From the NCBI GenBank assembly GCA_976551045.1, contig CDPCPM010000571.1, positions 682,001 through 746,000 of the forward strand: a DNA stretch of 64,000 nucleotides. Direction: 5' to 3'. The translations under genes and the position numbers were made by a program. The notes below the pieces were generated by a model. The model ran no database searches. It was not told the origin of the DNA and saw nothing but the letters and a program-made list of their open reading frames with translations. This document shows positions 1 to 12,294 of the stretch, in pieces; the first letter of the stretch is position 1; every line of letters begins with the position of its first letter. Source of the DNA: Glaucostegus cemiculus. Its lineage: Eukaryota.

Positions 1-22
1 CATGCAGAGTAGGAAAACTTAC

Positions 23-103
23 CTCTGTTGATGAGCAGTGCAGAACCCAGTGTTTTGTGGGTGACCTTCCTCCAACAAGCACGGCATGGGTCATAGGTCA
101 GCA
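23..103 (-). other. Candidate 81-nt internal exon of an unidentified transcript
   Basis: Minus strand: tattaac branch-like motif, accctctgttcag acceptor, consensus donor GAG|GTAAGT. Only the phase 1-1 frame is open (xLTYDPCRACWRKVTHKTLGSALLINR). No homology recognised. Confidence 0.3.
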
Positions 104-599
104 CTGAACAGAGGGTGTTAATATGTTGACCCACAGTGCAGGACAACAACACCTGAGCCCATGGGGCAGGTGAGATCTGGTCCCTTGGTGCATGGGAGGT
201 CTGGTCTCATGGCACAGACGAGTTCTGGCCCCACAGCGCAGGCGAGCTCTGGCATGACATAAGCAAAATCTGGGCTGTCTTTGTAGGATAACTGCTGAGC
301 TCATGGTATAGTTCATGATCGTTTCATGGAGTGAAGCAACATCTGGGCTGAGCACACAGCCATCACCAGGCTTCATAGTGCAGGAGAACACCTGGGCTGT
401 AGAACAGGTCAGCACCTGGAGATGCAGTGGTCAGTATCTTCTCTGCAGTCTCTAATGTCTTATCCTTTGTAAAATATGGGCCCAATACTGGGGTCCAGTC
501 AGTGCTGTCCAAAGATTTAACGTAACCGCCTCATCTCTGTTTTCTCTTCTTCAATTCACATACTGTTCTATTCGAGGCTCCTCAGAAAGTGCAGCAGCC

Positions 600-770
600 A
601 TGTAAACACCATGACAACAAGAGCAGTTCAGAGGACGAGTATCTCACAGTGAGTAACTCACCTCCTGACACCCCAGGACCTTGCCACCATCTACAAGTCA
701 CAAGTCGGGATTGTGATGGAACGCTCTCCACATCAGTTGCAGTTCCAACAACACTCAGACAGCACAAAAC
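600..770 (+). mobile_element. Old CR1-like LINE fragment (continues at about 1700-2010)
   Basis: Degenerate 'ccaccatctacaagtcacaagtc...gcagttccaacaacactc' segment; family-type 3' end 'ttagggatgggcaataaacgctggcc' near 1930-1960. Confidence 0.5.
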
Positions 771-839
771 CTCATCCCCTGTAATAGTTATACAGAATGA
801 GAAAATGCCCTTTGGCCCATAGAGTCAATTCCAACTATC

Positions 840-1547
840 TGAGGATCAGAGGGATCTTGGGGTCCGAGTCCCTAGGACGCTCAAGGCAGCTGTGCAGGTT
901 GACTCTGTGGTTAGGAAGGCGTATGGTGTATTGTCCTTCATCAGTCGCGGGATTGAATTTAGGAGCCGGGAGGTATTGCTTCAGTTGTATAGGTCCCTGG
1001 TCAGACCCCACTTGGAGTATTGTGCTCAGTTCTGGTCGCCTCACTACAGGAAAGATGTGGAAGCCATAGAGAGGGTGCAGAGGAGGTTTACGAGGATGCT
1101 GCCTGGAATGCGGAGCATGCCTTATGAGAGCAGGTTGCGGGAACTCGGCCTTTTCTCCCTGGAGAGAAGGAGGTTGAGGGGTGACCTGATAGAGGTATAT
1201 AAGATGATGAGAGGCATTGATCGGATAGATAGTCAGAGGCTTTTCCCCAGGGCTGAAATGGTGGCCACAAGAGGACATAGGTTTAAGGTGCTGGGGAGTA
1301 GATATAAAGAAGATGTCAGGGGTAAGTTTTTTTACTAAGAGAGTGGTGAGTGCATGGAATGGGCTGCCGGAAAGGGTTGTGGAGGCGGATACGATAGGGT
1401 CTTTCAAGAGACTGTTGAATAGGTATATGGAGCAAAATAACATAGAGGGCTATGTGTAAGCCTAGTAGTTTCTAGTGTAGGGATATGTTCAGCACAGCTT
1501 TGTGGGCCAAAGGATCCGAATTGTGCTGTAGGTGTTCTATGTTCTAT
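840..1547 (+). mobile_element. Young 5'-truncated CR1 LINE (ORF2 C-terminus and 3'UTR)
   Basis: ORF 892-1338 reads LYRSLVRPHLEYCAQFWSPH...LGLFSLERRRLRGDLIEVYK, with one frameshift in the T-run near 1330. It has a (TTCTATG)n tail and CTATC at both junctions (835-839, 1544-1548). Inserted into a SINE. Confidence 0.93.
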
Positions 1548-1548
1548 C

Positions 1549-1690
1549 AAACATCCATTTGCACTAATCCTACACTAATCCCATTTTATTCTCCCCACAT
1601 TCCCGTCAGCTCCTCCCAGATCCTACCACTCACTACACACTAAGGCCAATTTACAGTGGGTAATTAATCTACCAACCCACACGTCTGAGA
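1549..1690 (-). mobile_element. HE1-like V-SINE 3' part, split by the CR1 (rest at about 787-834)
   Basis: 'cactaatcctacactaatcccattttattctccccacattccc' also occurs in other SINE copies in the window. Confidence 0.75.
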
Positions 1691-2081
1691 TGTCTACACC
1701 AAACTATTATTCCCCCTACCACAGATGCAAAGAACCTGCAGTACGACCATCTACAAAAGCTCTAAGCTTCTGCTAGTCCTCCCCAGGTAGCAGAAACACG
1801 GGGAAGACCGTCATTGGATTTACCATCCAGATTCCTGGAAGGGCCAATTCAGGAGCCCTTTGGGAGCACCTTCACCCAAAGGACAGCAACAGGTCACTAA
1901 GGGGATCCACCATCGCTTTCCCTGGAACAGTTAGGGATGGGCAATAAACGCTGGCCCTCCCAAGCAATTCCCAGATCCCAAACAACACAGAAGCATGTAA
2001 ACAAACATTCTTCATGCTTTGAAGGGTGTGGGGACGATTGGATGAGAAGATAGAATGTCTTTGGCACCTTCTGACAAGACA

Positions 2082-2362
2082 CAGTGGCACAGCACAGTAG
2101 ACCCAGGTCCAATCCTGGCCCCCGGTGCCACCTCTGTGGAGTCTGTACGCTCTCCCTGTTGACTGTATGGGTTTCCTTCAGGTCCCCCCCCCCCAAAAGA
2201 CATTGGGCTCACTGGGTTAAATGACTGCTGTAAATTGCCTCTGATTCACAGGTGAGTGGTAGGAGTTGATGGGAATGCAGGGAGAATAAATGGGTGCCTG
2301 ATTGTTAGCATGGACTTGATGGGCCAAAAAGCCTGCTTCCATGTTGTATGGCTCTATGACTT
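2082..2362 (+). mobile_element. HE1-like V-SINE with CR1-type tail
   Basis: Degenerate tRNA head, V core 'tgtggagtctgtacgctctccc', tail 'gggccaaaaagcctgcttccatgttgtatg'. Confidence 0.75.
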
Positions 2363-2565
2363 TAAGACAGAGTGACCTTAATACCACAATTAGCTCCAGC
2401 TGCTGAGGACTTCCATTTGCCAGGTGTCTCTGACACAAGACAGGACCATCACTAGCAATCCCCCATGCACCCACTTCCCTTTAATTCTTGTGCTCATTTC
2501 TTAAAGGGCTGACAATGCAGCAGCTTTGTTATTTGTTGTAACCCCCATCCTCTTCCACCATTCTC

Positions 2566-2963
2566 TGTCACAATGTTGATTGAAGATCAAGCTCACAGAG
2601 AACCCAAATGCAGCACACTGGTACATGACTGGAGTCAGGATACTTCCTCAGGACCAGACACAGGCAGCAACTGGAAGGAAATCTTGCCTCAGAGATCTGA
2701 GTAGTAATCCCAACACAAACTGAATCTTCAAGCAGGACTAGAGAACACAGGACTGCTCTGGAGTAGACCACTCTAAGCAGCAAGGAGCCAAAATATGACC
2801 AATCCTCTGGCAACTAGTGCTAGAGAAACCCAGGTACTTATGCTAGGCCCCTGATGGGGCTCTGGTGTGTGTCATTGTGCAATCAGTCCAGCATGGAGTC
2901 CATGTGCTGTACAACGAGGCAGCCAAGGAGCCAAATCAAGAGCCAGTACTCAGGATCATGACA
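2566..2963 (-). mobile_element. Solo LTR, 398 bp (probably Gypsy-type)
   Basis: TGTCA...TGACA termini; flanks TTCTC/CTCTC (5-bp TSD with 1 mismatch); about 96% identical to 40570-40967. Strand and superfamily inferred from the 'ctgcatttgggtt' motif near the minus-strand 3' end. Confidence 0.85.
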
Positions 2964-3574
2964 CTCTCCTGACCGCATTGAATGAGGCTGAACTGGTCCC
3001 AATCCGAGGTCAGCCATACAAGAGTCAGGCATTCTCATCATAGATTTACCTTAAAATCCTCCTTCAGTTCTGTAAACTCGGCAGTAAAACAGAAATCACT
3101 TCTCAGGACAAATGCAATGCCTCAGCTGCAGGATGAATTGTTCTGGGAGGTTTGAGTGACTAAGGGAGGGAAAAGGCTACTCAGCTAAAACCCAAACGCC
3201 CCATGAGAATGAATTAAATCCATGTTTGATTGGCATATTTTTTTTAATTAAACCAACAGTTTTGGTTTTAATTTGACGCAGTCCCTGTCATCTCTCTGGA
3301 GGTATTTAATAACCCAGTGTTTTCTAATCAAGGCGTCTGGATTGTAGCTTTTGAAGAGAAGAGAACAGTCAGGGACATGTGTCACTGTGCTGTCTGCACT
3401 ATCCCAAGGAAAAGCACATTATTGTCTGTCAAACTCAACACACAGAGAAGTCGGGATCTGGAACTCTCACCCAAATTGCTGGGATTCTGGACAAATCTGG
3501 GTTTAGGTGATGTTGGGTGGACCAAGAGATGTGGAATTAAGGGCGGAAGTAGAGTCATTGAGAGACATCACATG

Positions 3575-3963
3575 GAAACCATAGAACAATACAGCACAAT
3601 GCAGGCCCTTCGGCCCACCATGTTGTGCCGCCCTTCAAACCACACCTAAGACTATCTAACCCCTTCCTCCCACACATCCCTCTATTTTAAATTCCTCCAT
3701 ATGCTTACCTAACAATCGCGAACTTGACCAACGTATCAGCCTCCACCACCGCCCCAGGCAGCGCATTCCATGCACCAACCGCTCTCTGGGCGAAAAACCT
3801 CCCTCTGACATCTCCCTTGAACTTCCCACCCATTACCTTAAAGCCGTGTCCTCTTGTATTGAGCAGTGGTGCCCTGGGGAAGAGGCATTGGCTGCCCACT
3901 CTATCTATTCCTCTTAATATTTTGTACACCTCTATCATGTCTCCCCTCATCCTCCTTCTTTCC
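3575..3963 (-). mobile_element. CR1 LINE 3' fragment
   Basis: ORF 3705-3965: ERRRMRGDMIEVYKILRGIDRV...RGRFFAQRAVGAWNALP. Confidence 0.9.
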
Positions 3964-3965
3964 AA

Positions 3966-4478
3966 ACAGGCCCTTCAGTTTACCTTATTGACCATCAACC
4001 TCCCATTTAACTAATCCTACATGAATCCCATTTTATTCTCCCCTCATTCCATCAATTCCCACTCCCCCTCCCCCTTGATTCCACCACACATATCGGAGCA
4101 ACTCACAGCAGCCAATCAATCTGCCAACCTGCATGTCTTTGGGGTGTGGGAGAGAAGCCAGAGCAGTCGGGGGAAACCCACCTGGTCACAGGGAGAACGC
4201 GCAAACTCCACACAGACAGCACCCCAGGTCAGGAGCAACAAAAAGCTGTCGTCGACGTTTCGGGTGGAAACCCTGGATCAGGACCTGAAACATCAACAAT
4301 TCCCTTCACCCCCACACAGACACAGCTCGACTCTCACTGAATTCCTCCAGCAGATTGCGTGTGGCTGCAGATTCCAGCATCTGCAGTCTCTTTGTGTCTC
4401 CAGCACCCGAGGTCAGAATTGAACCTGGACTACCGGACCTGTGAGGCAGTGGCTCTACTAGCTGTGCCACTGTGTGCC
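3966..4478 (-). mobile_element. HE1-like V-SINE interrupted by a Penelope-derived insert
   Basis: 'gggagaacgcgcaaactccacacagacagcacc' core; the element resumes at 4401 after the insert. Confidence 0.8.
4233..4400. mobile_element. Short Penelope-like pLTR insert with inverted halves and a 16-bp TSD
   Basis: TSD cagcacccc/gaggtcag at 4217-4232 and 4401-4416. Degenerate hammerhead on the minus strand at 4251-4284 (GUC-CUGAUCC-AGGGUUUCCACCC-GAAACGUC-GAC). Confidence 0.75.
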
Positions 4479-4689
4479 GCTTCACGATCTAACAGGACTC
4501 AAGAGTTGCCTCAAGGGACCTTCTCTTGTTCCTGCAATGTTTTCCAGAGAGGGAAACTAAATGATGAAGCCAGCGCTCACCTAACTGTGGAGGGATCATT
4601 CCCAAGGTACACTGAAGACTTGTCTGCACCTACCGTAAGCGAGAACATTTCCTCCAAGTCTCCTCTGGAAGATAGTAGTGGAACTGTAA

Positions 4690-5280
4690 ATAAAGCGGGG
4701 AATCCTGGAAATGTTCAGCGGGTCAGGCGACATCGGTGCAGAAAGAAACAGGGTTTGTTCAAGTTCAAGTTACTTTATTGTCATTCGCCCACGTGCTATA
4801 AAAACACACGGAGGAACAAAATGTCGTTTCCCCCAGACTCACACAACAGAGGACATAGATAAAGCAGAAGACATACAATAAATGCAGACAAAAAAATTGT
4901 GCAAGTACAAATAGGGCAAAAAACCGTATGTACAGAATACAAATTGATGACTTTTCATCAGAAATGGGAAAAGTTAGGACATAGATGTAGCAGAGAAAGG
5001 TTAGAGAGGATGAAGGGAATGTCTGTGATAGGATAGATACCAAAGGGGACTGAATGACCCAAGTGGTGGGTGGTGCCGGCTGAGAGAGTGTGGTGAAGGC
5101 TTGTTAGTCACGGCTGATCTGCCTGGAGGGGGTGTAAGCAGGAGGTGAATGTAGAACTGAGAGGTACAAAATATCACAGCCTCTGGAAATAAGAGAGAAT
5201 TCCCAGCAGATTGTGCAGCCTCCGTGAAGAGAAGAAAATGGTGTCCACGCTCCAGGTTGATGACTTTTCATCAGAACGGG
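4690..5280 (-). mobile_element. Second Penelope-like pLTR family fragments, interrupted by a LINE-tail-like insert
   Basis: 'ctggaaatgttcagcgggtcaggc'; 'ttgatgacttttcatcagaa' occurs twice (near 4943 and 5257), giving a CUGAUGA hammerhead remnant on the minus strand. Confidence 0.55.
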
Positions 5281-6540
5281 ACAGTTCTATCACAAACTGG
5301 AGTGGCAGGTTATCTCAACTTGTTGAATTCAATGTTTGCAGCTTTTGTATCACATGTTCAGCTTCTTCATTTTCCTGTGTTTCTATAAAATAATTATATT
5401 CCTTCTGAAAGCGTGTCAACATCCATCCCTTTTTCTCGTGGCTTTCTGGCCGTGGTGGGTGTGGCTTATTGAGGTCATCCCCCTAAGTGACATTGTGTCT
5501 CGGCAGCCAGTCTTCATCCCCCAAGCTCAAGCGAACGTTAACCCGAGCTCGGTGAGGGATGTGTTAAATCGTGGCCCTCCTGGGCCCTCTAAGGTATATG
5601 CGAATAATCCACAAACTAAATTACCCTCCCTCAAACTAAATCCCCAAATTACGAGATGAGATAAGTGACCCGTTTCAATTTTTGGGATTCCCGACGACGC
5701 AACGTGGCTCCCACATTTTCCGAAGGAATGCTTGGTTGATACTTCAAAGTTATTCTGCGCAGAATATTTTGACCTGCTGCTGAGAGACGTGATAAAGTGT
5801 TGTATAAATGGTAGGCTTCTCTACTTAATCTCTAGTAACGTCATGAACTGTTGAGTGGGATTGATTGATGTGAGCCTTGCCCCAAGCATTAGCCCATGTA
5901 GTCATCAATCAGCCAACCCTTGTCCAAGTGATAAACAGTGCACCGGCAATAGTACCTCTGTTCCCCCACCCCCCTCCCCTCCCCCTCACTCCCCCCACTC
6001 CCCGCTCTTCCTCACCAGATGAGGAGCCAATTAAAAGTGTTGCCGGGTAGATGACCTTCAGCTGAGTGATGGCATGCTCCACCGATTATCCTCTCTCCTT
6101 AATGTTAGGGATGGAGCGGGCACAATGAAAGATAAACATGTCACAGCGCAGCCTGTGAGTAGTGAGGGGGTTAGGTAAGCAGCCAGGATCCACAGCGAAG
6201 GAGAACACAGTGAGTGAACAGACCAGCAAGTGTCGGGTCACCCAGCTTTAACACCTAGTATCAGTTCATGGTACACTTGCTCCCTCTTGTCCGGTGGACC
6301 TCATGTTTATAGATGCTGGGTGCATTCATCCAGGGATCCACTTCCCTGCATCAGACACTCCCGATGCTAGGACTGTGATCCTATACATCTAGGGAGATTC
6401 AGCACAGAAACATCGGTGCACTCTGAACTAACCCAATGTAACTGCGCTGTAGAATGAATTGACCTGTACGATCGGTATGCAAGACAAGTTTCTCATTGTA
6501 GCTCGGTACAAGTGACAATAATAAAGAAATACCAACACCT

Positions 6541-6858
6541 AACAGGCCCTTTGGCCCAATAGGTCTGTATTGACTATCAACCACTCATTTTTCCCCCTGA
6601 TCCTGTTTTTTTAATTCTCCCCATTTTCTCAGCAGCTTCCCCCCCCCCCGCACATTCTATCACTCACCCACACGCTAGGGGCAATTTTACAGCAACCCAT
6701 TAACCCACTTGAGCCGCACGTCTTAGGGATGTGGGAGGAAACCATGAGGCCACAGGGAGAAGGTGCAGACTCCGCACAGACAGCACCCGAGTTGGGTATT
6801 GAACCTGGATCTCTGGAGCTGTGAGGCAGCGGCTCAACCCACTGCGCCACTGTGCTGC
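6541..6858 (-). mobile_element. HE1-like V-SINE (Rex1 tail fragment adjacent at about 6400-6535, plus strand)
   Basis: tRNA-like head 'ggcagcacagtggcgcagtgggttgagccgctgcctcacagc', B box and V core. Confidence 0.8.
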
Positions 6859-6889
6859 CCCAGCAAGAATAAGTTGGTAAACAAGAATA

Positions 6890-7108
6890 CAAACAGATAA
6901 GGGCAGGAATAGGCCACTCGGCCCCTCAAGCCTGTGCCACCATTCAATATGATCGTGGCTGATCTACCCCAGGCCTTAACTCCTCTTCTGTGCCAGTTCT
7001 CCATCACCCTCAGTTCAAATTTGGTCTTTCAAATGGTTATCTCTCTCCATCTTCAACATACCTAATAATCTGAGCTCCACCACCCTCTAGGGCCGAGAAT
7101 TCCAGAGA
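6890..7108 (-). mobile_element. CR1 3'UTR fragment
   Basis: 'taggccactcggcccctcaagcctgtgccaccattcaatatgatcgtggctgatct'. Confidence 0.65.
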
Positions 7109-7739
7109 TTAGTTGGTTAATTGCCCACTGTAAATCATCCTGACTGTGTAGGTGAATGGCAGGGTCTGAGGGGAGTCGATAGGAGGGCAGAGAGAATTAA
7201 ATGGGACTGGTGTTGGATCAATGTAAGTGTGTGGTCGATGGGCTGAAGAGCCTGTTTCAGTGCTGTATGACTGTACTGGGTGTGGAGCAACACTCCCTTC
7301 ACAGTGTCCCAGCAATCAGTCCCTGGGCTGGTACTGCACAGGTTAGTTACAGATTAAGGCTCTGCCCACTAAGTATCTAGTTCTTGCAAGCATGTTGACA
7401 AATACTGACCCCGTCACCATTTTAGGCATCTGTTCCTGCCTCCCCCAGGTTACTCACAATGGCCAGTTGAAATCATTTAACACTCCCTGTGCAGACCCAC
7501 AGTGTGTGGCTCTGTAAGAACCTCTAACTTGCCAGACAAATCAGATGGGTCTGCAGATTGTCCTCAAAATGCGAAGAGGGGAGGTTGAAAGGGGTGTCCT
7601 TCTCAGTTCATTTGTTTCCCACTTCCCCAGGACTGGGTGGGCATTCAGTGAAACGAGTTGAAAGAGCAGGCTGCTCAACTGTAACACTGAGATTTCTAAA
7701 TCGGCATCTCATAACCCAAGTGATTTGGTGTAGGCCGAT

Positions 7740-8279
7740 GGATCAGAGGCCAGTCAGTGGCACCCAGCGCATTGACCTGAAGAATCAGAGACCAGCAATT
7801 CAGGGGCACCCTGCACATTGGCTGGACCAATCAGAGACCAGCCAGTCAGGGACGCCCAGCACATTGGTTGGACCAATCAGAGACCAGCCAGTCAGGGGCA
7901 CCCAGCACATTGGTTGGACCAATCAGAGTCCAGCCAGTCAGGGGCACCCAGCACATTGGTTGGACCAATCAGAGTCCAGCCAGTCAGGGGCACCCAGCAC
8001 ATTGGTTGGATCAATCACAGACCAGCCAGTCAGGGGCACCCAGCACATTGGTTGGATCAATCACAGACCAGCCAGTCAGGGGCACCCAGCACATTGGTTG
8101 GACCAATCAGAGACCAGCCAGTCAGGGGCACCCAGCACATTGGTTGGATCAATCACAGACCGGCCAGTCAGGGGCACCCAGCACATTGGTTGGACCAAGC
8201 AGAGACCAGCCAGTCAGGGGCACCCAGCACATTGGTTGGACCAGTCAGAGACCAGCCAATCAGGGGCACCCAGCACATG
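7740..8279. repeat. 46-bp minisatellite, about 11-12 units
   Basis: Unit GACCAATCAGAGACCAGCCAGTCAGGGGCACCCAGCACATTGGTTG; it accounts for the three overlapping repetitive ORFs. Confidence 0.97.
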
Positions 8280-8379
8280 ATTACCTCTACTTCCATCAGT
8301 TTGCTTCAAGTAACAGCAACACAATAACAGTCTAAGTCCAGTTTTGATGATGTTTGCCTATCAGCCAAGATGCGGTGGC

Positions 8380-8765
8380 TGATTGGGCTTGGCTGGCAGC
8401 AGTATGTGAACTCCGGTTCCACTCCAGTGATGTAGTCACATGGCTCCAGCTACCACTGCCCGTGCTGCATGAAGACTGCACCTTCAGAGGTCCTCTGGAC
8501 TAGATATTGAACTGAGATCCTGCGACACTGCCTTGAAGGGGAACTGGGGCGTTCTTATGCTGCCTGCACCGATCCCTCACCCAACAGAGTGGAACAGACT
8601 GTCGGGTCGTTATCAGGTTGTCGTTAGTGGAAGCTTGCTGTGCACAGATTAGCTGTTGTACTTCCAAGCAATCGCATTCCCTGCAGCGATCACATTTGGA
8701 GAGTAGTTAGTTGGTTGTAATGCACTTTGCATGTCCCGAGGTGTTGAAAGGTGTTATGATAATGA
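8380..8765 (+). mobile_element. Old Deu-core SINE (SacSINE/AmnSINE-like)
   Basis: Deu-domain-like 'gtggaagcttgctgtgcacagattagctg' and tail 'gcactttgcatgtcccgaggtgttgaaagg'. Confidence 0.6.
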
Positions 8766-9289
8766 CATGAGAGAGTGAATTTAATCACCACTTCCCCTCC
8801 ACCAACAGTACCAACCTTCCCAAGCTGACTGCACTCCCCACGTCTCAGTAGGTAAATTGTCACCGGCACCATTATCTCTCGCTCTGTGGCAACATGAATG
8901 TTGACTTAAATGCTAATTGCCTTTGATGGTAATGGAGCAGAGTCATGTGATCATCACCCTCTAACTGGTGACGGTGAGGACAGAGCGGTTGCAAAATCCA
9001 GAGGGATTCAGTGACAGAAGCAACAGTGTAAGTCTTTGACCTTTTAGGTTTCTTTTATTTGGATGATTCACAGGGCACGACACGAGGACAGTCCCCCACA
9101 GGAGAACCATAAACTCACTTACTCCCTGACACATCTGTCTGTTTCCTTTTCCCGTCAGTCTCCAGCTTTCCGTGCTTCTGATCGTGGTCACATCTCTTTC
9201 TCTTGTAAGGATGCTCCATGTATATTTATAAAAGAGAGTGTATTGTTTGTACTGCGGCCAGGCTGGTAAACACACAATCATAAGACAGA

Positions 9290-9625
9290 GTCAGAGAGAT
9301 ACAGCACGGAAACAGGCCCTTCAGCCCATCGAGTCTGTGCCAACCATCATCCACCCATTTACGCCGATCCCATTTCCTGTTCTCCCCATGTTCTGACCAA
9401 CTCCGCCCAGATTCTACCCCTCACCTACACGAGGGGCAATTCACGGCAGCCAATAAACCTACTACCAACCCGCACATCTTTGGAATGTGCGAGGAAACTG
9501 GAGAAAACCCACGCAGTCTCAGGGAGAACGAGCGAACCCCACACAGCCAGCACCGGAGGTCAGGATCGAACCCGGGTCTGTGGCACTGGGAGGCAGAGGC
9601 TCTACCAGCTGCGCCACTCTGCTGC
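9290..9625 (-). mobile_element. HE1-like V-SINE
   Basis: Head, core and tail are all present; tail 'gggctgaagggcctgtttccgtgctgtatctc'. Confidence 0.85.
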
Positions 9626-9871
9626 ACTGGTCTGATTACACCCAATTTACGTCCTATTGAGCTTCATACTTCTGCAGATCAGTTACCTAATAAGGAGCCT
9701 TATTTTGCCAAACAAACAACTTCAATTTTGAAATTTTTAATTGCCCCCCGCCCCAACCCATCCCCAGCCTTACCAGTTTGTGTGACGAGATAGTCCCTCA
9801 TGTCACTCCTGAGTGGCCTGATTAGTTTTAAGTATATACCTCCATATTTCAGACCTTCCAGCAGAGGAAAT

Positions 9872-10141
9872 TTTAATTTAAATTTATTAAATTTGAATTT
9901 TTTAAATTTTATTTACAGCATGGTAACAGGCCCTTTCAGCCCAATGAGTTCGTGCCGCCCATTTTAAACCCCCAAATTAACCTACCCGTACGTCTTTGGA
10001 ATGTGGGAGGAAACCGGAACACCCGGAGGAAACCCACGCAGACACGGGAGAACATACAAACTCCTTACAGTCAGGGACGGGAATCGAACCCCGATCGCTG
10101 GCGCTGTAACGTCGCGCTAACCGCTACGCTATCGTGCCACC
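9872..10141 (-). mobile_element. V-SINE subfamily B (short CR1-like tail, AT-rich end)
   Basis: Head 'ggcacgatagcgtagcggttagcg'; tail 'ggggtttaaaatgggcggc...gggcctgttacc' followed by an AT-rich run; close match to 23760-24003. Confidence 0.85.
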
Positions 10142-10164
10142 CAATAATTTGCAAATAACTTACA

Positions 10165-10830
10165 ATCGGTTCATTATTGTCACATGTACTGAGATAAGGT
10201 GAAAAAATTTGTCTGCATGACATCCAGATCATGCCGTACTTAAGTACATGGAGGGAAAAGCAATGACAGAATACAGAATGTAGTGTTACAGATACAGAGT
10301 AAGTGCAGTGCAGGCAGACAACAAGATGCAAGGGCCACGACGAGACAGATTGTGAGGTCAAGAGTTAATCTTTATCTTACAAGAGGTCTGTTCAATAGTC
10401 TTATTGCAACGGGGTAGAAGCTGTCATTGAGCCTGGTGGTGCGTGTTCTCAAGCTTTTGTATCTTCTACCCAGTGGAAGAGGGAGAAGAGAGAACGACTG
10501 GGGTGGGTGGGGTTTTTGATTATGCTGGCTGCTTTTCCAAGGCAGCGAGAGGTGTAGACAGAGTCCATGGAGGGTAAACTGGTTCTTATGATGGACTGAG
10601 CTGTGTCCGCAACTCTCTGCAGCTTCGTGCGGTCTTGGGCCCATAGCAAGCCGCGATGCGTCCGGATGGGAGGCTTGCTATGGTGCATCTATAAAATTGG
10701 TGAGGGTCAACGGAGACACGCCAGATTTCCTCAGCCTTCTGAGGACGTGGCACTGGTGCACCTCCTTGGCCGTAGCATCCACATGGTTGGTTGGACCAGG
10801 ACAAGCTATTGGTGATGTTTACACCTAGAA
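10165..10830 (-). mobile_element. Rex1/Babar-clade LINE 3' fragment
   Basis: FYRCTIASLPSGRI...AQDRTKLQRVADTAQSII...RTRTTRLNDSFYPVAIRLLN. Confidence 0.88.
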
Positions 10831-11769
10831 TAGTTTCTTCCTATCTACCCCATCATCTCTAACTAACAACCACTTTGTTCCTCCTTCTGCACTCCATCCA
10901 ACATTGACCTCATAATTCCACCCTCCTACTCTGACTGATCTGGACGACAATGCCCTCCACAGCCAATATATTCACATTCGGATGGTACTCAGGAGTTTGA
11001 GTCGAAGTGTCGCCAGCACACAGAAGTCCATTATGAACAATAGAAAACTCAGACCACCTCTGATCCAATCTGCTTCCTAACTCTGAACAACCAGAGATTT
11101 ATACAGCTGACCCAGTTTCATTCCACTCTGCTTCATTCCCAAGAGCTGAGAGATAAAGGTCAATTTCCTTCTGGCTTTTTTCATTATTTTGTTGCATTTA
11201 CTCCATTAGCTTTTTTTAAGATGATTACGTTTTGACCTTTCCATCTTCCTGGGAGGTTGGAGGGTAGTTGGACAATTGTCCATTGAAAATGGGCAAACGC
11301 AGAGACCTGGCGTTATACCTTATCAGTCTGCTGTGGTCAGAGGAGAAGGAGGAGGTTTGTCAAGTGGGCTGTGGAGAAGAGAGCTGACCAGCCCCCTGCC
11401 ACTGCGCTTTGCGCACAGATAACTACGGATGCAGCAGCAAAAATAAATTAAATATAGAATCCATCAAACTAGAACCACCATTCAGAACTTGTTCACGCCA
11501 GACTAATCTCAAAGTACTTTTACAGTGGGAAAAATGTGATTTAAAAGCAAGGTGAAGCCCAAACTACAGATAACAGCTTCTTTAATGTTGCAGAAAATTA
11601 ACACTGAATTTAGAAAGAGTGATTTCTTTTTCATCTGAAAAATTACTTTCAGCTCCAAGCCCACCTGGCGTAGAAACATCTGACTAAAGTCAAGAGTGGG
11701 AAGTGACCCTTCTTCTCTGTCCCTCAGGATCGAGGATGACCTGCTTTTGCGTGGGTTCTGAGGTGAATG

Positions 11770-12290
11770 GGATTGGATTATTATTGCCACGTACCAATAT
11801 ACAGTGAAAATCTTAGTTTTGCATGCCATCCATACAGATCATTTCAAGACAGCAGTACATCGACGTAGTACAAGGGAAAAGCAATGACAGAAGGCAGAAT
11901 AAAGTGTTACAATTACAGAGGAAGTGCAGTGCAGGCAGACAATAAGGTGCAAAGGCCATGACGAGGTAGATTGTGAGGTCAAGAGACCATCTTAACATAC
12001 AAGAGGTCCATTTTATAACAGTAGGATAGAAGCTGTCCTTGAGCCTGGTGTTAAGTACTTTCAGGCTTTCGTATCTTCTGCCTGCTGGAAGGGGGGAGCA
12101 GAGAGAGTGTCCGGGGTGGGAGGGGTCCTTGCTTATGCTGGCTATTTGACTGAAGCAGCGGGAAATGTGGGGAGTCGATGGAGGGAAGGTTAGTTTTTGT
12201 GATGGACTGAGCTGTGTCCTCTTCCATTTCTTGTGGTCTCGAGTAGAGCAGTTGCCATACCAAGCTGTGATGCACCCGGATAGGATGCTT
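11770..12290 (-). mobile_element. Rex1/Babar LINE 3' fragment
   Basis: Same family sequence as 10165-10830. Confidence 0.85.
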
Positions 12291-12294
12291 TATA

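Noticed and set aside
892-1338. 148-aa ORF as a gene
   Set aside because: 5'-truncated CR1 ORF2 with a frameshift.
4548-4634. Ig-like 'EASAHLTV' plus-strand exon
   Set aside because: It lacks the upstream Y-x-C motif and partner exons.
7558-8335. Three overlapping repetitive ORFs
   Set aside because: A stop-free 46-bp unit cycling through all frames produces them; no gene signals.
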